A DNA stretch of 64,000 bases, from assembly GCF_021028975.2 (NCBI RefSeq), contig NC_059433.1, positions 86,738,001 through 86,802,000 of the forward strand. The letters run 5' to 3'. The position numbers were made by a program, and so were the translations under genes. The notes under the pieces were generated by a model. That model was given only the letters and a program-made list of their open reading frames with translations, made no database searches and had not been told where the DNA came from. This document shows, in pieces, positions 38,095-52,500 of the stretch (the stretch's first letter is position 1; each line of letters begins with the position of its first letter). This stretch comes from Sphaerodactylus townsendi. Its lineage: Eukaryota.

Positions 38095-41000
38095 CTCTAT
38101 TCTAATCTGATAATTTTGGTCACCTTTTCTGATGTGATTTGGTTAACATTTTGATTGTGCAACTTTTCCCTCCCCCCATCCAATTTTTTAGAGGCAAATT
38201 ACTGTGCACTTAAAAAACAAAGGTAAGTTTTTCCACTGCCATTTAAGCACATATCCTAAAGTGCTCCATGGGAAGGGCTTCAGAGTAAATGGTGATTCCC
38301 CTCCACCCCCATGTTTTTCAGGATATAGCCATGCAGCTAAGCAGGGGGGAAAGGTGTAGATATATCCCTGGGAACAAAGAGGTACATGACAGAGAACCAT
38401 CATTCTTGGGAATAAATTCGTTCTCCCATAAAACTACTTCTATTTCCTGGTCAAATTCAGATTGCCTGATACACCAGCAGTTGTGCATATAGAAGAAGTT
38501 TAGCTTATAACACACCCTTCTATGGGATAGAATCACAATGAAAGAGTAGGGTAAGATGAAACACAGAAAAGGAATTGCTTCCCACTTGGCTTTTGGTAGC
38601 TAGATCACAAAATTTCATAACTCTAAAACTGTCAGAGAATTTTATAAGCCTGCAGATGCAGAAGCGATTTGGGGCTGAACGGTGTTCTCTGAAGTATCAA
38701 AAACCTCTTTACAGAGTACAAAAGAAATCACTTACACTTGTAGAAACAACTTAAGGGAGATTAGACTCCTTTACATTAGCTAAATCTTTTGAATAGCTAT
38801 AATTTAAATCTCGTGTCAGTTATTGTTTCTAAATCAGCCAGATTTTATTTTTTTGAAGTACTATATTTGTGCATACCCCATATGTTCCTCCTATTTAATC
38901 CTTATAAATTTAAAATGCTGAATTTGCTATATCACAATTTCCATAGGAACAGAACATTACATCATAAATACCGAACTATGACTTCACCACAGGATCTGGC
39001 AGGAGGAGAACCTGCATAGCATCAAAAAAAAAAAAATCTTCTCCCCATAAAAGTATCTAATAGCAACTCTCAAACACAGACCCCAATTCAGAAATGTACC
39101 ATGGTAAAAGGCCGTTTTAAGCATAAAACTATCCAAGAACTTCTCTTTGAAAAGTGTTCCCTTAAATAAAAAAAGGACATTATTAATTTAATGATTTGGA
39201 GTCTGAGATTATAAATCTTTATATATCCTGAACACAAAGTATCTCAGATAGGGAATCCCTTACATTACTACTTTTAACAGTTGAGATCATCAGATGGAAC
39301 TCGTTTCCAAAATCTATTCTCATAGAGTTTTGTTCTGTGTTGGTTCAGGTAAGGGCCTTTAAAAAAATGTAGTAGCAAAACTATAGAATCCCCTCCTCAG
39401 AAAGGCCTACCAAAAGCCTTAATTATTGAATTTTAGGAAGTAGAGTTAGAATTTTAGGAAGTAAAGTTGTTCTGTCAGGCTTGAATAGATGGTTCACTCC
39501 CGTTTTTATTATTTTAGCAGTCTGTCTCCATAATTGTTTTTCTGACTGCGGTATATCCCATTATAGGTTTTGTTAAAACAGGCCTGATTTAAGGCAAGTT
39601 TTCATGCTCACATTTTCTTTTGCTATTTTGACATTTGTAGATATTTTCAGTATAACTGTTTATATGGCTCCTTAAATACTAATATAGCAGAAAAGTCATT
39701 TAGAAATGTCATAAACAAATAAAACTAAACTTACATCATAGACAAAGAATCAGAATGCCTCTTGATGTGATCGTGAAGCAACAAGAGCAACCATTTTAAT
39801 TTTCAATAATTTCTTTACTGATTTGGGCTGAAGCACCTCTTGAACTCTCTCCCAGTGAGTTTAGTGGGACTTAAAAGTGCCAGACTTTCATTGGCTATTT
39901 CATCTTTTCCCCCAAACAACCAAATTAAATATATTACTAAATGGAAACACACAACTCCAGCACATAGCATAATAACTTGGTTTCTCTGCTACCAAATGTT
40001 GAAAGATAAAGTCATGCGTTTTCCCCCAGATATGAAAAAGATAAAAATGTTCTGTGCCATGGAAGAAATTGCTTGGAAGATTGAGGCCTTGGAAACTATT
40101 ATAATCTTTTCAAAAAAATTATTCATATTAAGATTAAAGACCACTTTGTTCCTCTATTCCCACAACCGGCTGGTATGGTAAAGAGATCAATCCCCTACTT
40201 TTATATGTAACATCTTTAACATTTGCTCTTTTTTTCTATGCCTGTGATTAAATGTAACATTTTGAAATCCCAAAGTTCTGAGAAAAGCATAAATCCTCGT
40301 CTCACAGCTGCTGTTTGACTCTAGAAACACATGCATTTTCTTTTCAAGCCTCAGCCATCAAAAAAATCCCAACGGGCTTGAGCTGGAGAACACCTGTATC
40401 TCTTCATTTAGCTCCAATAACAGAGTATAAACTTCAAAATTACAAAAATAGATGCTAAGTTCAGCTGTAGTTACATTTTGCTGCTAATTCCCGTGAACAA
40501 AAATGCTAAGAGCATGAAATCATTCAAGCAAACTCTGTCATCAGTAGGATAAGACTTTTTTTTTTTTGCACTAGAGACCCAGTGGAAACATGATAGAAAA
40601 CTGGCAACAATTACAGATAAAATACAAAGTTTAGTCCTCAGGGAGAGAAGAGGGAGAGAAGAGGAAATGTAATAAGATAGATGGGTATAATTTTTACACT
40701 TTGATGCCCAAATCATAAACGTGACTTAGTTTTAATTACCACGATATTCCTGCTCATTGGTTGTGAACGTGTGTTTGTGGATACACACACATATATATCC
40801 ACTCACACATACATATTAAAAGACTTCATGACACAGCAGTGAACATGCTCAATACGTGTGTCTGTGTGTGTTTCATTTCTAAACCAAGAAACACAATTAA
40901 AATGAGAATCCGTTGCTTACTGTTAACAGGGATGTTAGCCCAGGCTTGAACTACGAATTGGAAAAAATGGCAACTTCATTTTACCCTCTTAACTCCCCCC

Positions 41001-42704
41001 CCCACACAAAGCAACAGCAGCAGCAAACCTGCCTTTTTTTTCTTTTTTACTTTGCCCATCCTTTCCTTTCCAATTAACCCCACTGAACAAAATTAACCTT
41101 TACAAAGTATGGAAGTATCAAGTAACATTGTTGTTTCTGCACACACTTGCTTTTCATACTTGCTGGCATGAGAAAAAAACCTCAGGGCAGGACTTGGTTT
41201 TCATATTTGCTGGCATGATGGGAAAAAAACTCACACGATACACCAGCATGCTTTTTAGAGAGGGCATGAAGAAGATGCAGTTATTTAAGAAAGGAATACA
41301 ATTTGTCATTCCACAACTGAGCAGATCCACCTTTTCCATCAGGCCACTGAACAAATTTACAGCCACGCTACCCTCACAACTTGTTCAGTTCAAAACTTTC
41401 TTCCTCGCTCTGTTTAAGCCTGTAAAATCAGACTGACACATTACTAACCAAACACAATATCAACATTAGTGAACAACCAAGTAGAATATTACTTCAGCAG
41501 AATATATTTCTTATAAGCTGTGGAAAATTTTCCATTTACAGTCTTGAGGGACATCAAAAAAATCTTCATAGATTAAACCAGAACGCGTGACATAATTCTT
41601 TAAGACTGAGCAATGCTTTATACTCCCCCTCCCCGTGGATGATGTCTCTATAGAAGAATATATCAACGCTGCAACATATGAAAGCTGGGGCATATTTCTA
41701 TTTCGGGTTCATGGAGGGCATAGTACAATAAAATAAGGTTGCAATCTGTCTACCGCTTGCATCTACTGAACCTTGCAGACATCTGTTTGCCTGTTTGAAC
41801 AACTATTACAAGCATCCATGACTAGAGGACCACTCCCTGCCCTAGAGTTATGCTATAGTTCAACCATGTGCACTGAATTTTACCACTACACCATAATTTA
41901 TTTAGTAGACAATGAGTTACAAACAACCCAGCGGGGGGAAAAAATCCAAGCAAAAGACATGAATTCTGTCCACATGTATGAGAGGACTCAGGCTGGATGT
42001 TAAAGAGCCTCAAAGAGCTCCAGCAACTGTGTCAGATATGGCAACTGACCTCAGAAGGAAGAATGGGCAGAAACAGCCCACCTGCCCCACTTGCACAAGT
42101 TTTTCCATGAATAAGAGCTTATGAAACAAGAGGGAGAACAACTCCCGGTTCTCAGAAGCAGGTTTTAGAAGGGAACGAGAGGCTGCAGCGGGAAGGGCAA
42201 AACCATGTTCTGTGAGTTAACTCTTCTAGGTAGATCTTTAATATTCAGCTGTGGGCAGGTTACAAGGCCATGCAGGCAAAACACAGTAAGGAGAGATGAG
42301 AGTTTCTGGGAGGCTTGATAGCCTCTGCAGAGGGTGCAAACAGACATAAAACGCATCCTTTTCCTCTGTAATATTACATATAATAATTGATACACTGGAA
42401 AAATAATATACAAAAATGTTTAGTTTTAAATGACCGGTAGATAACTATTCAGAATCCCACCACTGCCTAGTACCCTTGGCATCTCCCAAATGCTGAAGCG
42501 AGGGCCATATGTACAGCTAACATCAGTGTTGCTGGGAAAAGGGAGAGTGAGACTATGGTTGCCCTTCGTATGGTTGTACTTCATAGAATCTCAGCCATTG
42601 TTAGTGAATACATGGAATAAACAACATAAACATGTTCTCTACCAACTGAATGTGATATTAGGTCAAAAGACAAAAGGGCATAACTTTAAAAGAACTGCAC
42701 TCAC

Positions 42705-42878
42705 CTGAGTTATAGTTGTAGTCCTTATGCTGAGGGACTTGAATTGTGAAGGCCAACAAATCTGGAGCAAGCAGAGATTCTGGCTTTCGGCTTTCATTGA
42801 GCCATTTGCTGCTGTGTAAGTCTCTGGTATCAGATGGCCCTTGAATTAAAGGGATTAGCTTTTCCTTTCCACCACCAC
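42705..42878 (-). CDS. VPS13B: VPS13B (COH1) internal coding exon, equivalent to human exon 19
   Basis: cattcag|GT GGT GGT GGA AAG..AAC TCA G|gtgagt; 174 nt, phase 1-1; peptide GKEKLIPLIQGPSDTRDLHSSKWLNESRKPESLLAPDLLAFTIQVPQHKDYNYNS matches recalled human VPS13B GKEKLIPLLQGPSDTKDLHSTKWLNESRKPESLLAPDLMAFTIQVPQYIDYCHNS. Confidence 0.92.
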
Positions 42879-43991
42879 CTGAATGAATCATTAAAACATA
42901 CTGTGAGATTCAGCGAATAACATGTGCAGTGGGCTCCACAAAACTGTTACTACATTTCATTGTATTAAAAGAAATAAGACAATAATAGCTATTATGGCTT
43001 AGAAGATCGAATACTTCCCAAGAAATATTACCCAGAAAAATTATTCAGATTCATTGTTCATAAAAGATTTCTTGATTACTATGCATAGACCAAAAGACAA
43101 CACTAGGACTTCACTCTGCTTTGCCCACATGCAGGTCTTCAACACTATAATTTGGTACAATGTGAATAACCACGAGAACAATGCTCCAGACCGCAAGATT
43201 AATCACTCCTTTCTTGATTTTAAAGATATATCTTTCAATGGAACTTGTTTTGCACCAGTTGGCTTTGTCTGTGTGTTGCCTTCCTGCCATGCAGTGAAAC
43301 CCTCAATCTGGTTACAATTAAGAGACCTGGCCTCACATATTCAGAGGGAAATCAAGAGCAAGAGCAAGAAAATATAGCTAAAGAGTAAGTTTAGCAGGTG
43401 GCTTATTTTAAAGTAGCCATGCGGTTGTTGTTTCTACTTAATCCAAAAAGAAGTTTCACCCACCAGTGGGTTTATACATTTTTGTCTATTTTTCGGTCAC
43501 AAGGTCTCTGCAGATATCCACATCTACCTTCAACATATTTTAGCAATAACAAAAATCTAGCTCAAACAGGCTCATTCTATTTCTCAAAGATGTACTGTGC
43601 TCATACATAAAACTTTAAGTGTGATGAAATCACTTCAAAGTGTACCTGATGTAGTTAAAGAAACCCATTAAGTCTTTTAAATTAAAGTTTAGTCTTTATC
43701 ATGATATTACATTCAGTTGTTACATCTACTTTCATAGTAATTTTGTATAATTATGAAGGTTTTCAGCTGTACCAGTTTCAAACTTTAAGCCTTGTAATAA
43801 ACAAAATGCCTTAATAGGATTTCTTATTTTAACTGTTGATGATGCTATGCTACATCATCCTGACTCGTTTCTAAAAACATAACAAAACAAAAAAATAAGT
43901 ACACCTCTTATTCATAGGAACAATGAGTAAATTCTTGTTTCAGTAACTCTCCTTGTAAAAAGCAAGGCCAATTCTCCTACACAGGCCATAA

Positions 43992-44195
43992 NNNNNNNNN
44001 NNNNNNNNNNNNNNNNNNNNNNNNNNNNNNNNNNNNNNNNNNNNNNNNNNNNNNNNNNNNNNNNNNNNNNNNNNNNNNNNNNNNNNNNNNNNNNNNNNNN
44101 NNNNNNNNNNNNNNNNNNNNNNNNNNNNNNNNNNNNNNNNNNNNNNNNNNNNNNNNNNNNNNNNNNNNNNNNNNNNNNNNNNNNNNNNNNNNNNN
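43992..44195. other. N gap (204 nt)
   Basis: Run of N. Confidence 0.99.
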
Positions 44196-45098
44196 AATAT
44201 TTTTTTATTTTCTTTCACTGAAGCATTTAAATTTAATTACACTTTAATTATCTGCTTTAGAAAGTCTTATGATATATTTGTTGTGATACTGATCTTTTAT
44301 ACACTGGATGGAATGAATCCCTTTATAGGAATACTTTAATATACACAGATAGGCATACAGTATCTATGCAAATTTGTTTTCAACAAATGAAGATAAATAT
44401 AAAAACACCAAAAGAATCATTACACTAATTATCTGTACATACAGCTTTGTTTTTATTTTATACTCCAGGCATGTTATGATTCTCTTAGATGTTATCCTGT
44501 AATTTCAGCATATTAAAATGAGCAAAAGAAAGTTCTTAGATTACACTGAAAAACCATTCAATTCAGTAGCAAAATAAAAATCACATATGTATAGCTGAGT
44601 TGCACAGCAGGTAACTGCACTTGCATCTTTTTATGGTAACCAAAGTTCAGTTTTGCCTGAAGTCAAAAGTGGAAATAGTTTTGGTGGTCTCTTGTCTGCC
44701 TCCATTTGTACACTTTAAAAGGAAGCTACCCCACAGTTTGGCTCAACTCTGCATTTGTTGGCAGCCTTTTCCAGAGAGGGACCTAGAACTGTAGCAGTGG
44801 GGGATGTAACAGGTCAAGAACACAGAACTTTGGCACAGTTGCACAGGAAAGCTCACTGAACACCCACCCACATTTCAATTGGCTATACTACCTCTGCTAT
44901 TATTCCACAAAGCGCAACTTGCAGGAGGCTGCAACATTTGCTTATAGTATTTGTAAAAATTAGTTGGTGCACCTGTAAGAAAAAGAAGATACCAGAGGGA
45001 CAGACTTCGTTCCACTTTGAACTCCCTCCACCCCATCTTACATATACAGAATTCCAAACACAAATTAGACAAGCTTGAAACTGAACTTCCTGTATTGC

Positions 45099-45263
45099 TG
45101 TATCGTCGAAGGCTTTCAAGGCTGGATTCAACTGGTTGTGGTGGGTTTTCCGGGCTGCGTGGCCGTGGTCTGATAGATCTTGTTCCTAACGTCTCGCCTG
45201 CATCTGTGGCTGGCATCTTCAGAGGTGTATCACAGAGAGAAGTCTGTTGCACACTGTGTCCAG
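45099..45263 (-). mobile_element. Penelope-like pLTR fragment containing a minimal hammerhead motif (45185-45225)
   Basis: Minus strand CCT-CTGAAGA-TGCC-AGCCACAGATGCA-GGC-GAGAC-GTT-AGG ... GAAAGCCTTCGACGATACA. Confidence 0.8.
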
Positions 45264-46408
45264 ATATAGTGCAATGAAAACTCGCATGGTTAAATCGAGC
45301 ATAATGGATCTATTTCTGTAAGGTCCTCTCCTTCTACAGGGATAATTTTAAAGATCTAAAAACTGGAAACCCTGGTTAAAATCCCCTATCTGTTATAGAA
45401 GCTTGCTTGGGCAAACCACACATCCTTATTATTTATTTTATTTTTAATTTATATTCTGCTTTTCTTCGTGACCGAAGTAGAGGTCCTTCAGGCATTGTGA
45501 AGGGTCACAAAAGTGCAGGGTCAGTCTTTGGGCTTGAAGGGTAGTATTTCCAGGCTGGAATGCCAGTGGAAGCCAACTAAAGATGTCTTCACCCCTGGGA
45601 ATTGCCCCAGCCCACCAACCCCCTGCCCTGGCATCCATTCGGGCGTCCACTTCCAGATTTGCCCCTGTCATGGAGTTATGGGGAGCTGGACGCCGATGCG
45701 TTTGTTCCCTCTGCCAGTATGGGTGCCCCAGTATAGAAATTAAATCAAATTAAAAAGGCTACAGTGCCATGAGGGTCGCCGTGAATTGGAAGTGCCTCAA
45801 CAGAACTTAACAGACACAATGCCTAAAGGACCTCTAATTTGGTCAGGACTACTGACACATTTCCATTTTTATTTATTATTTTTAGTGGTTAAGGAAATTG
45901 TTCCATTAGAGGTTTAACTCCTCCAAATATGTGCCTTAAGTACAACCAGTGTAAGTGAAAGGATGAACGGCCTTGAGAAGTTTTCAGTCACAGACACACT
46001 TTTTCAAGGGACGGTTCATCTCACAAGTTTGACTTTTCCTCAGTGGAGGTGTTGGAAATAAGAGGCAAGCAGTAGAATTAGGATACAAGTGGAACTTTCC
46101 TCATCAAGGTATGATGGCTTGGGGTCGGACAGATAAATATACCATACAGCTGAACTGGAGAAGCTTACCGAATTTAATGAAATTACAGTTGGAATTAATG
46201 CCAAATTATTCTATTTATACCTATCAGAATCCAGACCGCTGTGCAAGTTTACAACACTAGTGCATGGGGTAATTTGTCTTTTACTGGTCAAAATGTCAAC
46301 TTCTCCCACTAAAAAGATATTAACCTTTAATCTCTCAAAAGCATTAAATAAATTTTTGTGGGAGCCGTTTTAGTGACTTTATCTAGTCAGAGCACTGGAA
46401 GTTAAGTT

Positions 46409-46588
46409 NNNNNNNNNNNNNNNNNNNNNNNNNNNNNNNNNNNNNNNNNNNNNNNNNNNNNNNNNNNNNNNNNNNNNNNNNNNNNNNNNNNNNNNNNNNN
46501 NNNNNNNNNNNNNNNNNNNNNNNNNNNNNNNNNNNNNNNNNNNNNNNNNNNNNNNNNNNNNNNNNNNNNNNNNNNNNNNNNNNNNNNN
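46409..46588. other. N gap (180 nt)
   Basis: Run of N. Confidence 0.99.
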
Positions 46589-49500
46589 TTACCAATGTGT
46601 ATAAAGGCTCTCTGATCAGCAATTTGGACTGCAGACGGCAACCTGCATGAGTGAATTCAACCCCCACCACCCCCTAAATACAGTATCCACTTGATTCACC
46701 AAGACAAATTGAAACCATTCTTTATTAGATGATGATCTCACCTTCTCTGTGAATTTATGCAATGCAAATATTTGGGCATGGGTCACACACAGCACCCTAT
46801 CGTACCCATGGGTATATAATATTCATCTGGCAATGTTAGCTACCAGAAGAAATGCTACTTGAATGGTAAAGTTCAAAAGTTAAGCAAATCTCTCTCCTTC
46901 CCCTCTTTTTTTTTCAACTGAGAGAACTGCTGCCTTCCCAATTTACCTTCTGTTGAAAAGACAACTGGCATTCATATTAGAGTTTTTCTGACAAGTAGTG
47001 ACTTCTCCATTCTTCAGATGTTTTAAAAAATGAAAATTCCCCTGTGATTCTAATTTAATAAAATATCCTGCGTAACAATGAAGTAACACGCTTATTAACA
47101 ATTTCTTACAACAGTCTGAAGTTTTTGCCACAATAAAACTTATTCATATAGGTGGCTTCATAACATACAAAGATCCACTTCTTGACTTGACAAGAAAAAA
47201 GCCTGCATGAAGACCACTTGTGTCCTTTTCAATACAAGGATAGAAACTTATTGAGGAATATATTTTTCCTCCTCTCATCTTATCTGTAGTTTCTGTGTAG
47301 ATTTATCATGCTTGTTGTTTCCAATTTTAACAATCTCCTAATGGCAGAAAGGAAAATATGTCAACCTTGGAATGATTTGCAGTTGTTAGAAATCCCTCTT
47401 GTCTGGCTCATATAAGGCCTGCAATCTGTTTAAAACACAGATTGTCTGTCTTTTGTCTGACAGCCACCAAGCTGCACAAATTACTTTCTGCCTGCTCACC
47501 TGTTTGCAGCTGCGTCTGTAATCGAAGCATTTGGAGGCCTGACTTGAGCAAGCACTCTAGGATTGATTACATGTGCTGCTGATAAACCAAGCAATTTGAA
47601 GAAATTACTGGCCAGCTTTATTGAAAGACATCTGTGCATAAGTCAAGAAGTACACATTTCCAACTGTATACATGTAACTTGCTGTCGTAGCTACACTGTT
47701 TGAAGTCAAAACTGTTTTAAGGGTGTTGAAATTGTCACTAACTAAATTGGCCATCTTTGTAGCACAATGGCTCACAGGAGGTCCAAATGTTCTATTTTAT
47801 AAAAAGAATTGTGGGGGGTGGGGCGGGAGGCTGAAGTTAACAGGGAATGAAGTTAGAAAACAATAAGATTTTACCTATCCAGAAAATAATACCAAGCAAA
47901 GTTATCAGTGCCTTCCAAAAGGTTTTGACTGCACACTTTTTGGAGTCTCTCTGCATTTAGTCTCTGCGCACTGACAGTGCACAATGATGCATCCCATATG
48001 AATATTTCCTTCAAATTCCATACCTCAATGTGCAAATAATAAGAAAATAGAAATATGGTGCTTTCTCTTATTCTAGGAGCATGAACACATACTATGGACT
48101 TTCCCTCTACAGGGAAAGGGGAAAGTATCAGTTCCCAGGCTTAAACTCTATAAATTCCTAAATTAGCTCTGTGGAGACTACATGAAGAACTATCCCTTTC
48201 CATTTCACTAAGCCACGATCCTGCCTGAAGAAGCAACCTTTACTTGCAAGACTATATGGAATACACAGTTTAGAACTGTTGCGAGTTTTTACTCACAGTA
48301 TAAGAGTACAAGTACTTTTTTAATATTACTGCAACATAGTTCTGAAGCTACAAATGCCTGCCTAACTGTGGTGCCTGCCCAAGTATTGACAACATATATT
48401 GTGAGCATGGTCACAATCTCTGAATCTACTAATTTCATGTTCTAATTATGGTTCTCTATCTTATTTTATGTTCCCAAACCAATGCCCTTAGGAACATAAT
48501 ACTGCCCTTGCCATACATGGAATATAAGTAATTGTAGGTCATCTATAAGACAACACTCAATTATGCAGATGTTATGGATTAACTTTCTGGCTGAAGACAG
48601 CGACTTATATCTGGCCTCCAGTACGCAACACCTTATTTCATTTTGTTTCCTTGCTAGATAGTATGAAACTGGGCTTTCAGTTAGAAATCACAGAATTTCC
48701 AACTCCATGTTTGCATCTGCTACATTAGGAGGGGAGGAGGGAAATAGACATTTTCCCACCTGCAAGTCTCCTTTGCAGCTTGACTCTCCAAGTAAAACTA
48801 AATAGAGAACAGCAGCTTGGGGGGGGGGGGAGATTCAAAGGAGAACTAGCAAATGCAAGAAGGGTTGAGCACCTCTTCCAACCTCTATATATCAGAAACT
48901 AAGTAGGATTAAGAATCCCATTTTTGCCAGATGTCTGGTTCTGGCCTTGGTGCCTGAGGAACTTATTTAGTACATTAAAGTTCTGTCTTTTCCCTTCCAG
49001 CCTTCTCTGTCCTGAGCCTTGTGCTAATCCTTCACTCCTCATAGCCTTCTCTGCCTCCCCTATGTGGGCTACCTGACTGCCATCATGACTCTACTTGGCT
49101 TTGGTTTCCTTTGTAAGTTCTCATTGTCTTTCCTGGTCCCAGGACCTGGCTGTCCCTTCAAAGTTCACCAGAAGTTGCTGGATTCTGGATCTTGGGGTGG
49201 TTTTTTGTTTTGTTTTTTTGCCAAGGTCTTTGGTGCTCACACCTCAGCTCTTAACTCTTTCAGATCGATCAGCAGGACTTTGTACACAGTTACAAGACAG
49301 TACAGAAACAATCATATTTTTAAAGACAAGCCCTCCCCCACCCCCATTCAATAAGTCACTTCATATATTATATCTTACTTAACACTATGGGAATCCATTG
49401 TATGTCTAACTGGCTGTTAACATCTACAGAAGCTAGACTCCATCTTTACTGCTTTAACACACATTTGTTTTATGTGCTCATTCCAAAAAAAAAAAAAAAA

Positions 49501-52500
49501 AGGATCCAGATCTTGTTCTCTGAAAAAATAAAGCATATTTAATAAGTTTGATTTTCTAAAATAATGCCAAACATTTGCAGTGTCTGTCTGGTTGTACATT
49601 TCAATCTGTTACAAATTATATTCCTCAAAACAGGAAGGCAAAGCTTTCAAGTTTAAGTAGCAGTACACATTTGGCTTTCACAATTCAGAGCTCATAAAAT
49701 GGATTCAACGCAGAGATGAAGTGACCTGCAGGTAAAAAGCTTCCATAATATACTGGATATGCATAAAATACATCAAATCCTTATCATTATTCGCACCTAA
49801 TAACTATACATCATTAATAAGCCACTGAGACACTGTATTATAGGATCTACGCAAAAAACGACAGTCTATTTTTGGTCCTTATTTTTCTACTCACATATTC
49901 TTAAAAGCATTTTTAAATGACAGCTTTTTATTTTAAAAGACGCTTAAGTCGTGAGAACATTCTTATGCACCACTTCATAACTCTGACACCAAGTATGTAT
50001 AAAAAGATTAGCCTTTATTTGGTATAAAATCAGTTGGCAGTTTTACATCTGTGCGATGCAACATAAATACCCCAGCTGGCATCTCAAGCTCTCACACATA
50101 TGGACTTCAAAAACAGAAACTTCCTTATTTGCAGCACTGCCAGGGTAATTTTGTATACCGTGCATACTACGGCTATTTGTCAGGCCCCTGCAGGTGTGCA
50201 CTGCACATAAACACACAGCTGTAGCCTAGCAAGCCAAGTGTTCCATCAAACGCATAAAGGGAGACCTCAGCAGCTGGATTAATCATCCCTGCAACAGGTC
50301 CAGAGAGAACAATATGGGTTAGTATTTTTGGAAAAGCATGGATGGTAAATTTATGATTATGCTGGCCTTACAAAATAACTGCTGGATTGTGTCATTTTTT
50401 AAATGCAATGTCTACCTTATTAAAGTTTTTGTTAGAATACAGGAAAAAGACTGAATATTTTTTAGTTTGTAATATAAACAATAAGGTAGTTTATATATAA
50501 AATAGTTTATTATGTGCAAAATGTTAAAAGGGTTTCATGCTAGTGGTTGGTTTTTGACAGATGTTACCATTATTTGTATTGGCATTCAGAGGTTCCAATC
50601 ACTGGAATTCGTTAAAATAAGTATACCGTGGAACCTCTTATTAGTTATACTATTTTTGCCACATTTGTCGTAATTATGTCATATTTTCTCTTTTCTGATT
50701 TACGCAATCACATGACTTATTCAAGAGGCTCCTGCATTTTATTTAAGCTGCTGAAAAGAGGACAGCATAAAGCAAATACCCAGAAGTCTCCATGATCCTG
50801 ATATCAAATTAAGAGAGATTTCCTGTGTGAGTTTAAAATTGGGGTAAGGTGATTGTGTAAATTTCCACAGCTTTGAATTCATACTTGAATCTCGCAATTA
50901 CAATATAGCCTTAAAAAAAAAGGCCAAAAATTAAGGGCACTTTTTAAGGAAGGCAGCTGAGACAATATGCCCAACCTGTGAAATACTCTCTGATTATCCT
51001 CCTAAGTGAAGAAACCTCCAGGGTCCAAAATCCCTGCTCCAAGGACATGAGATGTCTACAGTACTCCATCTCTATAAAACAACACAGGGAGATAGTAGAC
51101 TGCCTCATAAGTTGCTATGCCTTGACTGTTATGCAGAAGTAGAGGAAAATAGCAACAGTGGCTATGCAAGAAGTCATCATGTAGCTCATTACACAGCAAC
51201 AGCCATGTCAGCACTGATCATTCCTGGAAGAATCTGGCCCTGGAGTCTCTAGTACATAGTGGGAGATATCCAACCAGGCAGTTTCTCAGACAAAATAATG
51301 CCTCTGTTTGCAGAAGAGGGAAAGTCCAATTTCCCCACATGGACAATTGGGCAGATAAGATTAATCCAAGCCATAAAGTCTTGCTAAAAATATGTGGTTT
51401 TGGCCTCCCCAAAGCATGTGGACCAGATTGGCTGTAGGTGTCGGACAGCACCAACAGGCATCAGTCTCGGCAACACCTCGGTGGATAAATCTAGAAGGAC
51501 AGTCTGAGATTGCATAACCACAGGCTGAACTTTAAAAAGTACCATGGGAAGACACCTATTGACATTAAGCTTTCCTGCATCCCCCACCCACCCATCCCCG
51601 CAAATGATGGCAGATATTGCAGCATATGCTTGCACACATTGTCATGCAGCCCATACAGTGATGAAGCCCTGCACAAGATCTTCAGAATCTGGGTCATGTG
51701 CCAATGGTGGTAAGCCTAGCAGAAGGGACATTTCACCCAGCCTCCTGTCTTTAGTGCAGTCATGGAACCACATAAATTGGGTTTCCATATTCCTACTTTT
51801 GGCTTTTCAGAAGTCTGAGTGAGTTTCTGGGAAGAACTAGTGGGCAGGGAAACATTGGAAACCATGAAAGTTTCCGGGTGCTGCTGAAGAAAGGGTGCAG
51901 AGTGTGAAAGATTGATAAAAGACTCATAAACAACCTTGAGTTCATACTTTGTTTGATCCAACTCATAATGTTGGTCTCCACAATCCACAGAGCAAGCAAA
52001 AAAACCTGAAGGTAAACAATACTTCCAGTGTAGCTAGAAGACCCTTTGATAAAGCTGATAACCCCAGCAAAAAATATGTAATAATAGCATGCTTAGGGTC
52101 AGGCCCTCACAGATGTCCAGCAACAACGGAGTCACTTCCAGTTTTTGAGGCTATATTTAAAACAAAACAAAAATGGCCACACCTGATGCACATAAAAACA
52201 AGCTGCAAAGGTTATGAATGCCAAAAGCAAAGAAACGAGAAAGTCTCTAAATGTGAGGCCAAGACCAAATGACCATCCTGCCGCCCCGCCCCCGCCCCCC
52301 ACTGGCTTGGCTTATGACATGGCTGCACAAAGACTGGTGAATAGCTGTGGCGAGCATGGCCACAACAAGAAAAAGAGTGCTCTCATTGAGGAATGCAGCT
52401 AGCAAGTAGGCCTGCTAAACACTGGCTGGCTTTCTGGTATTCCAGGTAAATTTCTGGTATTCACATCTACTGCACAGGAAGTCATTCTGAGAATGTACTC

